A stretch of DNA of 64,000 nucleotides from a virus. Location of the stretch: positions 32,001-96,000 of the IMG/VR virus record IMGVR_UViG_3300023184_004051. One strand, given 5' to 3'. Position 1 is the stretch's first letter. Each line of letters begins with the position of its first letter. Below are positions 8,935-17,630 of the stretch, piece after piece. Made by a program: the position numbers and the translations under genes. Under the pieces are notes generated by a model. The model was not told the origin of the DNA. It saw only the letters and a list, made by a program, of their open reading frames with translations, and searched no databases.

Positions 8935-9197
8935 TGCGTAAGAAAGCCCTTCAAGAACAAGTTGCCGAAAATCAGCAGACCATCAAAGCATTGGTTCGTC
9001 AGAATGAAGTCCTCACGATTGCCGGAAGTGAGATGCGGGTCATCATTGGTGAAAAGAATGATGAGTTAGCCGTCTACAAAAAGGCGTTCCAAAACGCGGC
9101 AGGGCGCTTGGCCGCTCACAACGGAGTTTCACCTGACGATGCCTCGGCGTTCGCTGCACAACTCCTTCAAGATGTGGTTCTCAATCCTGAGTTCTAA
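8934..9197 (+). CDS. Hypothetical coiled-coil protein
   Basis: TGATG coupling; heptad-like helical sequence. Confidence 0.6.
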   Translation: MRKKALQEQVAENQQTIKALVRQNEVLTIAGSEMRVIIGEKNDELAVYKKAFQNAAGRLAAHNGVSPDDASAFAAQLLQDVVLNPEF

Positions 9198-9276
9198 GAT
9201 GTTTCAGCAAAGGCCCTGTTTCAGGGGGGATGAAACAAACCTTGCTCTCTTTCACCAACAGGGATAGGATTTGGCT

Positions 9277-9414
9277 ATGAGTGAAACCGTTGAGTTATGT
9301 GGGGCTTGCGGCGCTGCGGTTGAGGAAGTTCTTGGCGAACTTCGTCATCAGCGCACCCGAGCCAAAGCCTGCGACCTTGATGACCCCTCTAGCCTGAGCG
9401 CCCAAAGAAAGTAG
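9277..9414 (+). CDS. Small 45-aa CxxC protein (not in ORF track)
   Basis: MSETVELCGACG...; preceded by TAGGAT-N6-ATG leaderless signal. Confidence 0.5.
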   Translation: MSETVELCGACGAAVEEVLGELRHQRTRAKACDLDDPSSLSAQRK

Positions 9415-9463
9415 TAGATGTCTAGTTTCGTTTGAGTTTTGGAAGTAGCATCAGGCTCATCTA

Positions 9464-9865
9464 GTGAAAAGGATGCCTGTGCTTCTGAACGGAGACAACT
9501 ACACCACACGAACGGGCAACGATGTTGTTCGATACATCTCGTGGCATTGGAAACAGTTGGGCTATCCGCCTTCCATCCGCACCATTGGCAAAGCCGTCGG
9601 TATCAGCAGTACCTCGACAATGCAACAGGTTCTCAAAGATTTGGAACGGCAGGGCAAGATTATCCGTGACCCCTATCACCGGAGCGTGAAAGTGGTGAAC
9701 GGAAAGACCCCCGAAGTCTGCGAGCACGATTGGCGCACCCAAGATACAAGTGCTGGAATAATCCGTGTCATCTGCGTAGCCTGTTTCCGTGAGACTGAGT
9801 TTGAGTTTCAGCCCGACCCTGAGCAACCTTCAACTTGGATGCGTTTCGTGGGTGAAGTGCAGTAA
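9464..9865 (+). CDS. LexA-type winged-helix DNA-binding protein with C-terminal zinc ribbon, no peptidase domain
   Basis: GYPPSIRTIGKAVGISSTSTMQQVLKDLERQGKIIRDP resembles the LexA N-domain; CEHDW..CVAC follows. Confidence 0.75.
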   Translation: MKRMPVLLNGDNYTTRTGNDVVRYISWHWKQLGYPPSIRTIGKAVGISSTSTMQQVLKDLERQGKIIRDPYHRSVKVVNGKTPEVCEHDWRTQDTSAGIIRVICVACFRETEFEFQPDPEQPSTWMRFVGEVQ

Positions 9866-9921
9866 AGCGACAGGGGTGTGATAACATCATTACAGCAACC
9901 CCCCTACAAGGAGTGGCAACT

Positions 9922-10179
9922 ATGTCCGAACCATTAGACGTTCTCGTAGACCGCGTTCACAAGGCACTTGTTCACGATGCCTACGAAACGAACGACATCA
10001 CCAGCCTGCTCAACATCGTGCTTCGTCAGAAAGACACGATTGGCGAGTTGGCCGCCGACAATCAGCGCCTCACCGAGGCTCTTGGCATTGCCGGTCAGCA
10101 CATTGAGAAGTTGGAAGGCAAGTTGGACTCTATTGAGCCAATGACCCACCTCGTTCAGTATGCCGAGGGTAGCAACTGA
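9922..10179 (+). CDS. Hypothetical coiled-coil protein
   Basis: AAGGAG RBS before ATG 9922. Confidence 0.6.
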   Translation: MSEPLDVLVDRVHKALVHDAYETNDITSLLNIVLRQKDTIGELAADNQRLTEALGIAGQHIEKLEGKLDSIEPMTHLVQYAEGSN

Positions 10180-10448
10180 TGTTCAGCAAAAAACTGAAGT
10201 GGTCGGAACTTGACAACTTTGGGCAGCGTGAGGCAAAGGATGACCCTTTCACCTTTATTGCGTGGCAGGGCAAGGAATACGCCGAACTGCGTCTTATCCG
10301 TCGTGACAACGAGGGTGGCATCATCGTCTACCTGCAAGATTTCAGTATCTACTGCCGTGACTTGCAAGCGGCGATGAGGCTTGCTGAAAAGGTCAACAAA
10401 GCCCTCCGCAAATCACGGGAATACAACAAGTTCCAAACCCTGTTCTAA
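10179..10448 (+). CDS. Hypothetical protein
   Basis: TGATG coupling with upstream ORF. Confidence 0.55.
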   Translation: MFSKKLKWSELDNFGQREAKDDPFTFIAWQGKEYAELRLIRRDNEGGIIVYLQDFSIYCRDLQAAMRLAEKVNKALRKSREYNKFQTLF

Positions 10449-10486
10449 TCCTTGCCTTCGAGGTATCACCTTGCTAGGATGGCTTG

Positions 10487-11302
10487 ATGTCATCCACCCC
10501 TCTGTATCTCGGCCCTAAGCCCGACGGTGTTTCACCAAGCCGAGTGAACCAGATTGAGACTTGCCCTCGGCAATACCAATACAGTTCAGTGGAGAGACTT
10601 CCCGAAGCCAAAAAAATGGCGACCTATCGGGGGACTGTGTTCCACGCCATTTTGGAAACAGTGTTCCTCCGAACTGCTGAAAACCCCGAACTGCGAACGA
10701 TTGACTACACGCTGGATGTAATGCGTGAGATGTTGCCCGAACTTGTCAGTGACGAGATTGCTGCTGAAATGGAACTTGATGAGATTGCTCGTCAGGTGTT
10801 CACCCGTGACCTCGCCAAATACATCCGCACCTACTTCACGATGGAGAACCCTGCTGAAATCCAAAGCGAGGGTATCGAAATCAGGTTGGATTTGGATATG
10901 GGTGGGTTTGGACTGCGTGGCATCCTAGACCGCCTAGACCGTGATGCTGATGGCTCCCTCGCCATTGTGGACTACAAGACCGGCAAAGTGCCTCAGGACA
11001 AATACAAGGCTTCAGCACTCCTTCCTGCCAAAATCTACGCCTACCTGTGCGAGCAAGTCTTAGGTGAACGCCCCAAGCAAATCCGCTTGCTCTATGTGCA
11101 GTTTGGAAAAACCCTCACGGTTGATGTCACTGATGCTGATGTTGCCTATGCTGAAAAGCGGGTTCGTGAAGCGTGGGAAAAGATTGACGGCTGGTATGAA
11201 AGCGGTCACTTCCCTGCCATCAGAAACAACCTCTGCGACAAGTGGTGTTCGTTCAGGAACATCTGTCCGCTCTACTCCACAGCCGACGACTACCCGTTCT
11301 AA
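10487..11302 (+). CDS. RecB-family / Cas4-like PD-(D/E)XK exonuclease
   Basis: SPSR..CPRQY, GTVFH, GILDRLD..IVDYKTG, C-terminal CxxxC..CP cluster. Confidence 0.85.
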   Translation: MSSTPLYLGPKPDGVSPSRVNQIETCPRQYQYSSVERLPEAKKMATYRGTVFHAILETVFLRTAENPELRTIDYTLDVMREMLPELVSDEIAAEMELDEIARQVFTRDLAKYIRTYFTMENPAEIQSEGIEIRLDLDMGGFGLRGILDRLDRDADGSLAIVDYKTGKVPQDKYKASALLPAKIYAYLCEQVLGERPKQIRLLYVQFGKTLTVDVTDADVAYAEKRVREAWEKIDGWYESGHFPAIRNNLCDKWCSFRNICPLYSTADDYPF

Positions 11303-11420
11303 AGAGCGGTTGGGTGTGCTGAAAACACTCAACGGTTGACAAATCCAAAACAGCCCCTACTCTTAGAACTGTCAAGACCATTGGGTGTCATACCCGTGGT
11401 AAAGGTCGTAAGGAGTAAGA

Positions 11421-12197
11421 GTGGCACGCAAACTAGTGAAACTCAACATCAAGGAGACATCGGGTGTTGACCACCCGGCGCATCTCACTGAGGGTTGGGT
11501 AGTAATGAAGTCTGCAACTCCCTCCGATGTGACTGCGGTTCTTGACGAACTGCGCTTTGACGATGAGGTGGGTTCGCCTACTGAAATCGTTGAGGCTTCC
11601 AAGTCGGTATCCACCGATGAGGTAATCACAACCCCTGTTTCCAAGGAGGAAACTATGTCTTTCACCCCAGAGGTGTCGGCCCCAGAGGTCGTCATCATTC
11701 CTGAGGCTGCGAGCGAGGCTGAAATCATCAAGGCTATGCCTGCGGCAATCCGCAAGATGCTTGACGACGCTTCAGCAAACGCTGACGCAGCACTCCGTAA
11801 GGCCGCTGCAAGTGAAGCCGCCCTCATTGCCGAGCGTGAGGCTCGCGCCGACGAGGCCGCTGTTATCAAGGCTTCGCAATGGTCGCACCTTACCTTTGAC
11901 CCATCCATCGTCGGCCCTGCGCTTCGTCGCCTTGCTGAGTCCGATGGTGTTCTTGCGAACGAAATCGTGAAGGCACTTGACAGCGCCAACGAACTCGCCG
12001 CAACCAACGCAGTTTTCACTGAGGTCGGTTCAGAAGCCCCTGTTGCTGCTGACGACGCTTTCAGCAAGATGGAGAGCCTTGCCAAGTCACTCGTGGCTGA
12101 CGGCGTTGCCCCTTCGTTTGAGAGCGCCCTTATGTCAGTTGCTCAGAGCAACCCTGACCTCTACACCGCTTACATCAACGAAAAGGCAGGTCGCTAA
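11421..12197 (+). CDS. Capsid scaffolding/maturation protein
   Basis: ETSGVDHPAH..EGWVVMKS N-terminus, acidic Ala-rich coiled coil, C-terminal NPDLY..Y; directly upstream of decoration and capsid genes; AAGGAG RBS. Confidence 0.7.
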   Translation: MARKLVKLNIKETSGVDHPAHLTEGWVVMKSATPSDVTAVLDELRFDDEVGSPTEIVEASKSVSTDEVITTPVSKEETMSFTPEVSAPEVVIIPEAASEAEIIKAMPAAIRKMLDDASANADAALRKAAASEAALIAEREARADEAAVIKASQWSHLTFDPSIVGPALRRLAESDGVLANEIVKALDSANELAATNAVFTEVGSEAPVAADDAFSKMESLAKSLVADGVAPSFESALMSVAQSNPDLYTAYINEKAGR

Positions 12198-12649
12198 TGG
12201 CTTGGGAACAAAATCCATACGCAGTCAAGATTTCACTGGTCGCTAACGGTGACCTTTCGTCATCGCAATACAAGTTCGTGAAGTTGGATGGAAACGTGCT
12301 TACCGGCACTCCTGCCTGCGTTGTCGCTACCGCCGCAACGGACTACTGCATCGGCATCCTTCAGAACCAGCCTAAGAGCATCACCTCAGGTGGTTTCACT
12401 AACTACGGTGAGGCCGAAGTGACCATCTCGGGTATCACGAAGGTTGTTGCAGGTGCAACGAACATCGCCATCGGCGCTCGTTTGTCGGTTGACTCATCGG
12501 GTCGTGCCGTTCCTGTGACTGCCGCTGCCGCAACTACCAACTCCAAGTACATCTTTGGTACCGCACTCACGGCTTCGGGAAGTTCGGGAGCCACTGGAGA
12601 CATCATCACGATGGTCGTTTCCACCACCGCCGCCGTCTTGTCGGCATAG
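12197..12649 (+). CDS. Capsid decoration/cement protein
   Basis: Lies between scaffold and MCP; GILQNQP..GEAEVT..GITKVVAG..G.RL..D..GRAV pattern. Confidence 0.7.
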   Translation: MAWEQNPYAVKISLVANGDLSSSQYKFVKLDGNVLTGTPACVVATAATDYCIGILQNQPKSITSGGFTNYGEAEVTISGITKVVAGATNIAIGARLSVDSSGRAVPVTAAAATTNSKYIFGTALTASGSSGATGDIITMVVSTTAAVLSA

Positions 12650-12667
12650 TCAGGAAAGGACTAGAAA

Positions 12668-13675
12668 ATGCCATCACCTAACGTAAACAACGTTCACATT
12701 GACGCAATCTTGACCAACATCTCGGTTGCGTACTTGCAGAACACCAACAACTTTGTCGCTGACAAGGTTTTCCCAATCGTCCCTGTGGACAAGAAGTCAA
12801 ACATCTACTTCAAGTACACGAAGGATGACTGGTTCCGTGACGAGGCTCAGCGTCGTGCTGATGGAACTGCCTCGGCAGGTTCCGGCTACGGCTTGACCAC
12901 CGACAACTACCTTGCGGATGTCTACGCATTTCACAAGGACATCGGTGACCAGACCCGCGCCAACGCCGACAACCCTCTCAACCCGGATATGGAAGCGACG
13001 CAGTTCGTCACCCAACGCCTCCTTCTCCGTCGTGAGGTTCAGTGGGCCGCCGACTACTTCACCTCCGGTATTTGGGGAACCAACATCACGGGTGTCGCAT
13101 CATCAACCAACTCCGCACCTGCCGCAACGCAGGCTGTGAAGTGGAGCGACTACACCACGGGTGTCACCTACACCTCAAACCCAATCGTGGATGTTGAGTT
13201 GGGCAAGACCACCGTGCTTCAGAACACCGGATTTGAGCCGAACACGCTTGTTCTCTCTTACGCCGTGTTCCAAAAGTTGAAGGCTCACCCAATCCTTGTT
13301 GACCGCTACAAGTACACCCAAGCCGGTGCAATCGTGACCGAGGACTTGCTCGCTGCCCTGTTCGGCATTGACCGTGTTCTCGTCGCAAAGGCTGTTGTCA
13401 ACCCATCCAACGAAGGTCAGACCGCCGCGTCTTACAGTTTCACGGCTGGAAACAACGCCCTGCTCTGCTACGTTGCCCCGAACCCGGGTCTTATGACCCC
13501 ATCAGCCGGATACACCTTTATGTGGACTGGCGTTTCGGGTGGCCTCGGTACGACGGTTGGCGTTAGCCGCTTCCGTATGGAGGAACTGAAGGCAGACCGA
13601 GTTGAAGGTGAAATCGCCTTTGACAACAAGGTTGTCGCCGCAGACCTCGGCTACTTTTGGACTAGTATTATCTAA
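12668..13675 (+). CDS. Major capsid protein
   Basis: HIDAILTNISVAY..FVADKVFPIVPV pattern typical of this MCP family; strong RBS; followed by a terminator. Confidence 0.85.
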   Translation: MPSPNVNNVHIDAILTNISVAYLQNTNNFVADKVFPIVPVDKKSNIYFKYTKDDWFRDEAQRRADGTASAGSGYGLTTDNYLADVYAFHKDIGDQTRANADNPLNPDMEATQFVTQRLLLRREVQWAADYFTSGIWGTNITGVASSTNSAPAATQAVKWSDYTTGVTYTSNPIVDVELGKTTVLQNTGFEPNTLVLSYAVFQKLKAHPILVDRYKYTQAGAIVTEDLLAALFGIDRVLVAKAVVNPSNEGQTAASYSFTAGNNALLCYVAPNPGLMTPSAGYTFMWTGVSGGLGTTVGVSRFRMEELKADRVEGEIAFDNKVVAADLGYFWTSII

Positions 13676-13695
13676 GCCAGAAGTTGCAGTCAGTG

Positions 13696-13733
13696 AAATC
13701 CCCTCGGCCTTCGGGTCGGGGGGATTTTGCTTT
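13696..13733 (+). terminator. Intrinsic terminator after capsid operon
   Basis: 14-bp stem AAATCCCCTCGGCC / GGTCGGGGGGATTT with TTCG loop, then T-rich tail. Confidence 0.85.
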
Positions 13734-13753
13734 GTGGTGATACGATTTCCTTT

Positions 13754-14056
13754 ATGGAAAACGAACCCATTTACCGCATTATGCACCTGTGTCAGTTTGG
13801 TGGAAAGACTTATGCCGAAGGCGACACCATCCGCTTCTCCGAGATGACAAGCCACGAATACAACTGGGGCAACGCTTACGGCCACATCCAAGAGGTTGTT
13901 GCTGAACCTGAAGCCGTTGAGGAAGTTGCTGAAGTCGAGCCAGAGGCAGTTTTGGAAATCAAGTCAGTCGAGAGCGTTGAGGTTGAGAAGCCTGTCGCCG
14001 CCAAATCACCAGCCAAGAAGCCTGCGACTAAGACGGTCAAGCGAGCAACCAAGTAG
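13754..14056 (+). CDS. Small protein with acidic linker and Lys/Ala-rich tail (possibly virion-associated)
   Basis: EPEAVEEVAE region, then AAKSPAKKPATKTVKRATK; TACGAT-N7-ATG start. Confidence 0.6.
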   Translation: MENEPIYRIMHLCQFGGKTYAEGDTIRFSEMTSHEYNWGNAYGHIQEVVAEPEAVEEVAEVEPEAVLEIKSVESVEVEKPVAAKSPAKKPATKTVKRATK

Positions 14057-14094
14057 GAAGTCGTATTGCGCGCATAGCGTGATACGATTTCACT

Positions 14095-14352
14095 ATGTCG
14101 CTAAAGGATGCCGAGCAACGACTAGAGCAGGTATTCACCTGCAAGTTTGTTGACTTCCACGAGGGATTAGACAAAGACGACCAAACGACTTTTGCTCGTT
14201 GGGTTGGTGAAATCAAGCCCGCAGGTTGGATTTCCCGTGTCGTGACTGCCGACGGAAAACACCTCAACGAAAAGACCCTCAAACGGCACTTAGATGGGCA
14301 ATGCAAATGCCCCGAGAACACCATCCACAAGGGGGTTTATCGTGGCGCTTGA
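14095..14352 (+). CDS. Small Cys/His protein preceding the phosphoesterase
   Basis: TCKF..KRHLDGQCKC; TACGAT-N6-ATG start. Confidence 0.6.
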   Translation: MSLKDAEQRLEQVFTCKFVDFHEGLDKDDQTTFARWVGEIKPAGWISRVVTADGKHLNEKTLKRHLDGQCKCPENTIHKGVYRGA

Positions 14353-15562
14353 CGACGCAGCAAAGCCGTTCACCAAGCACAATGTTCCAAAAGGCAACGA
14401 GCCGGGTATCAAGTGGGATGGTGAAAAGGGCTTTATTGACAGTCCGGCCCTCCCCGATGAACCCGACCAAGCCTTATGGGAAACCATCATTGCCGATTGG
14501 GGACTTTCACCTGAAAAGACGGAAATCGTTGACGGGTCAGTTCACATTCGTGCGTGGGATGCCGCTATTGGCGGTGGTGAAACACAAAGGATGCGCTACT
14601 ACCGAGCGTCTATCCGCAAACGACAAGAGGATGGCTTCCTTTCTGATGAGGTGAAGCGTCTATTCGCTCACATCCAAAACCGCAAGCCAACCAAGCGTAG
14701 TGAAAACGATGTGGACTACGGCAATCAAGCCTTACTTCTTTTGGCGAGCGATTGGCAGTTGGGCAAGGGCGAAGGTGGCGGGCCGGAAGCGGCCATTGAG
14801 CGCATCTGTTCAGCACAAGACAAGTTCATCGAAAAGGTGCGGTTCCTCCGCAAGATGGGTCGTGGGCCTTCGGTGATTTATGTCGTCGGAATGGGCGACT
14901 TGGTGGAAAACTGCGACAACCACTACGCAATGCAACGCTTCACCGTTCGTTTGGACAGGCGAGAGCAAAAAGATGCAGTCATCTTTCTCCTTGACCGCCT
15001 CATTGAGTTGTTGGTGAAAAACTTTCCTGATTTGGAAATCGTGATGGCCGCAGTTCCGGGTAATCACGGCGAGAACAGGTCTAACGGCAAAGCGTTCACC
15101 TCTTGGACTGACAATGACGATTTGGATGCGGTGGCAATGACCTACCGTGCTTTCACTAAAAACCCCGAGCGATACGGCAAAGTCTCAATGCCACAGTTTG
15201 ATGGACTCATCCAAGAGGATATGACTATCACACTGAACATCTGTGGTGTAAATGTGGGTTTTGCACACGGACATCAGTTCCGCAACGGCACAAACGCCTC
15301 GGCCAAAGCGGAGGGGTGGTGGAAAGGTCAAGTAATGGGCGAGCAACCTATTGCTGCCGCCAAACTCTTGTTCGCCGGACACCTTCACCACGCAGTCGTT
15401 TCTGAAGCCACAGGTCGCACCTTTTTCCAATGCCCTGCGATGGATGGCGGTTCAGCGTGGTTCACAAGCACTTCGGGCGCATCATCGCCTGCTGGAATGT
15501 TGACCGTTGGCGTTGGAACGGGATACGAACGCAACGGTTGGGGTGATTACGAAATCCTATGA
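14342..15562 (+). CDS. Calcineurin-like metallophosphoesterase
   Basis: SDWQLGK, MGDLVE, PGNHG, AHGH, GHLHH motifs. Confidence 0.85.
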   Translation: MALDDAAKPFTKHNVPKGNEPGIKWDGEKGFIDSPALPDEPDQALWETIIADWGLSPEKTEIVDGSVHIRAWDAAIGGGETQRMRYYRASIRKRQEDGFLSDEVKRLFAHIQNRKPTKRSENDVDYGNQALLLLASDWQLGKGEGGGPEAAIERICSAQDKFIEKVRFLRKMGRGPSVIYVVGMGDLVENCDNHYAMQRFTVRLDRREQKDAVIFLLDRLIELLVKNFPDLEIVMAAVPGNHGENRSNGKAFTSWTDNDDLDAVAMTYRAFTKNPERYGKVSMPQFDGLIQEDMTITLNICGVNVGFAHGHQFRNGTNASAKAEGWWKGQVMGEQPIAAAKLLFAGHLHHAVVSEATGRTFFQCPAMDGGSAWFTSTSGASSPAGMLTVGVGTGYERNGWGDYEIL

Positions 15563-15933
15563 CAAACAAGTTCTACATTGCCGGCCCGATGAGGGGTCTG
15601 CCGCAAAACAACAGCGCAGCATTTGAGGAAGCCACCAAACGGCTCCGAGAGGCTGGCTACGAGGTTTTTTCACCATCTGAGGGAGATGACGCACCCGCAA
15701 CGGATGAAACCTTTACAAACGCAATGAAGGCCCTCCTGCCGGAACTACTGAAATGTGATGCGGTAGCCGTGTTGCCGGGTTGGGGTCGAAGCGAAGGTGC
15801 GAAGTTGGAAGTGTTGGTTGCAGTCAGCACCGGCAAGCCCATCTACTCCTATCATCAGCACCGCCCTCAGTATTTGGAACTGATGCCCACCGTCAAAATC
15901 ATTACCCGTGCCGAGGCATTGGCGAATGGCTAA
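15559..15933 (+). CDS. DUF4406 / nucleoside 2-deoxyribosyltransferase-like protein
   Basis: FYIAGPMRG..CDAVAVLPGWGRSEGAKLE. Confidence 0.8.
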   Translation: MTNKFYIAGPMRGLPQNNSAAFEEATKRLREAGYEVFSPSEGDDAPATDETFTNAMKALLPELLKCDAVAVLPGWGRSEGAKLEVLVAVSTGKPIYSYHQHRPQYLELMPTVKIITRAEALANG

Positions 15934-16381
15934 TCACCATTGGACTGACGGAACTGACACAGGCTGGGATATTTCACCTTGGGAACTACTCCCCGGCGTT
16001 CGCACAGGCGAGGAACTGTCTCGTGGTGAAAGAGCCGCAGACATTGTTCGCAACAAGATGGGTTCGTGGGGCTTTGTTTTCACCTTCACGACCTTTATGT
16101 TCATCTGGGCAAGTGTCAATGTTGTGGTGTTCGCCAATCGGGGCTGGGACCCGTATCCGTTCATCCTGCTGAACCTGATGCTTTCGGCTCTCGCCGGACT
16201 CCAAGGGTCAATCCTTCTCATCGCAGCGAAGCGGGCTGATGCCGTTGCCGCAGAACAAGCCCTCTCGCACCTCACGATTTCCAAAGCAAGTAGCGAAATC
16301 ATCAAGGAACTGCGTAGTGAAATCCGAGCGGTCAAGACATTGGCCGAGCAAATCCAACACCACATCAAGGAGGGCAAATGA
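15926..16381 (+). CDS. DUF1003-like membrane protein
   Basis: GERAAD..MGSWGF..WDPYPFILLNLMLSALAGLQGSILLIA. Confidence 0.8.
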   Translation: MANHHWTDGTDTGWDISPWELLPGVRTGEELSRGERAADIVRNKMGSWGFVFTFTTFMFIWASVNVVVFANRGWDPYPFILLNLMLSALAGLQGSILLIAAKRADAVAAEQALSHLTISKASSEIIKELRSEIRAVKTLAEQIQHHIKEGK

Positions 16382-16872
16382 GCAAGAGTTATGAGGAAAT
16401 CAACGAGTTCCTTGCCGAACAGGAACGGCTTATCACCTCAGCCAATGCCCCCAAGAACCGACTTGTCATAGATGGTCGTCGGATTGTTCGTGCGGGTTCA
16501 GGTCGTCGTGCGGTTTTCACCTTTGCCGAGTTCCCTGAAGGCGGCGACCCCCGTTTCCGTGCCGTTCTTGCTGAAATGTTGCGTATCCACATTTCCAAAT
16601 CAAGCGATTATGGGACTGGCGCTGACCTTTACGCCAACTATCGGTCTGCTGAAGCCATCGGTATTCCGGCGTGGAAGTCGTGTTTCGTTCGTGCTTTGGA
16701 AAAGGTGCAGCGTTTGACGAACGCGGCTGGTGGAAAAAAACTCAACCACGAGGGCATCTCGGACAGTTTCCTTGACCTCGCCAACCACATTGTCATCAGC
16801 AAAGTTCTGTATGACGAAACCCAAGCCAAGAGTGGCGTTTGCGGCAACACTGATTGCGACTGTTCCTGCTGA
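16378..16872 (+). CDS. DUF1599 / nucleotide-modification-associated domain protein
   Basis: KSSDYG..NY..VRALEKVQRL..EGISDSFLDLANH. Confidence 0.65.
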   Translation: MSKSYEEINEFLAEQERLITSANAPKNRLVIDGRRIVRAGSGRRAVFTFAEFPEGGDPRFRAVLAEMLRIHISKSSDYGTGADLYANYRSAEAIGIPAWKSCFVRALEKVQRLTNAAGGKKLNHEGISDSFLDLANHIVISKVLYDETQAKSGVCGNTDCDCSC

Positions 16873-16939
16873 AAAGGCAAGATTTTCCAAACCTTGTGGC
16901 AGACTAGGTGTGTCCGACCAACCCTTCTAGGAGACAAAA

Positions 16940-17614
16940 GTGGCGCAGATTTTCCCCAACGATGGCTTGAACTACCTTTTCACTCAGTTGAGTATGGGTG
17001 GAACGAACGCATCTGCCGTCAGCGCCACCTACTACGCCGGTTTGCTTTCTGGTGGAACCACTACGACTGTTCCCGCCGCTACCGCAGTTCTCGGAACGCT
17101 CGGTGGAACTTTCGTTGAAACGACTGGCTCGGGCTACGCTCGCCAAACGGTGCAGTTCAGCACCATCGCTACCTCTAACACGGCAGTTCTCTCCGGTGCG
17201 ACCATCTCCGCCGGTGGTGGAAACGGCTCTTGGGTCGTGACTGTCGCTTCTAACACTAATGTTCGTGCCGGTATGACCGCAACCCTTACGGGCGGCTCGG
17301 GAACGGAAACCAAAATCGTGACGAACACCATCGGCTCAACGCAAATCGTGTTGTCCTCGGCTATCGCTTCGGGAACGCAGACTGCGATTTCAGTAGGCGA
17401 CCTCTACGCAGGTCGTAAGGTTTATCCGGGTTCAGCAATCTCTTTTGGGCCAGCAACGGGAACTTGGACAGCCGCAACGGGATACTTCATTGCGACCACC
17501 TCAGATAACTCGGGTAAGTTGTTATATGTGAGCAACTTTGCTGATGCCACTTCGCCAACCCTCGGTGCGAACGACACTCTGACGGTCACCCCAACTATCC
17601 TGTTGAGCAACTAG
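16940..17614 (+). CDS. Virion structural protein
   Basis: T/S/G-rich; GSGYARQTV..ISFGPATGTW..GKLLY..DTLTVT pattern. Confidence 0.65.
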   Translation: MAQIFPNDGLNYLFTQLSMGGTNASAVSATYYAGLLSGGTTTTVPAATAVLGTLGGTFVETTGSGYARQTVQFSTIATSNTAVLSGATISAGGGNGSWVVTVASNTNVRAGMTATLTGGSGTETKIVTNTIGSTQIVLSSAIASGTQTAISVGDLYAGRKVYPGSAISFGPATGTWTAATGYFIATTSDNSGKLLYVSNFADATSPTLGANDTLTVTPTILLSN

Positions 17615-17630
17615 TCGGGGAAGCCCGACA

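Noticed and set aside
10487-11302. CRISPR-Cas locus suggested by the Cas4-like nuclease
   Set aside because: No repeat-spacer array or other cas genes seen; solo RecB/Cas4-like nucleases are common in phages.
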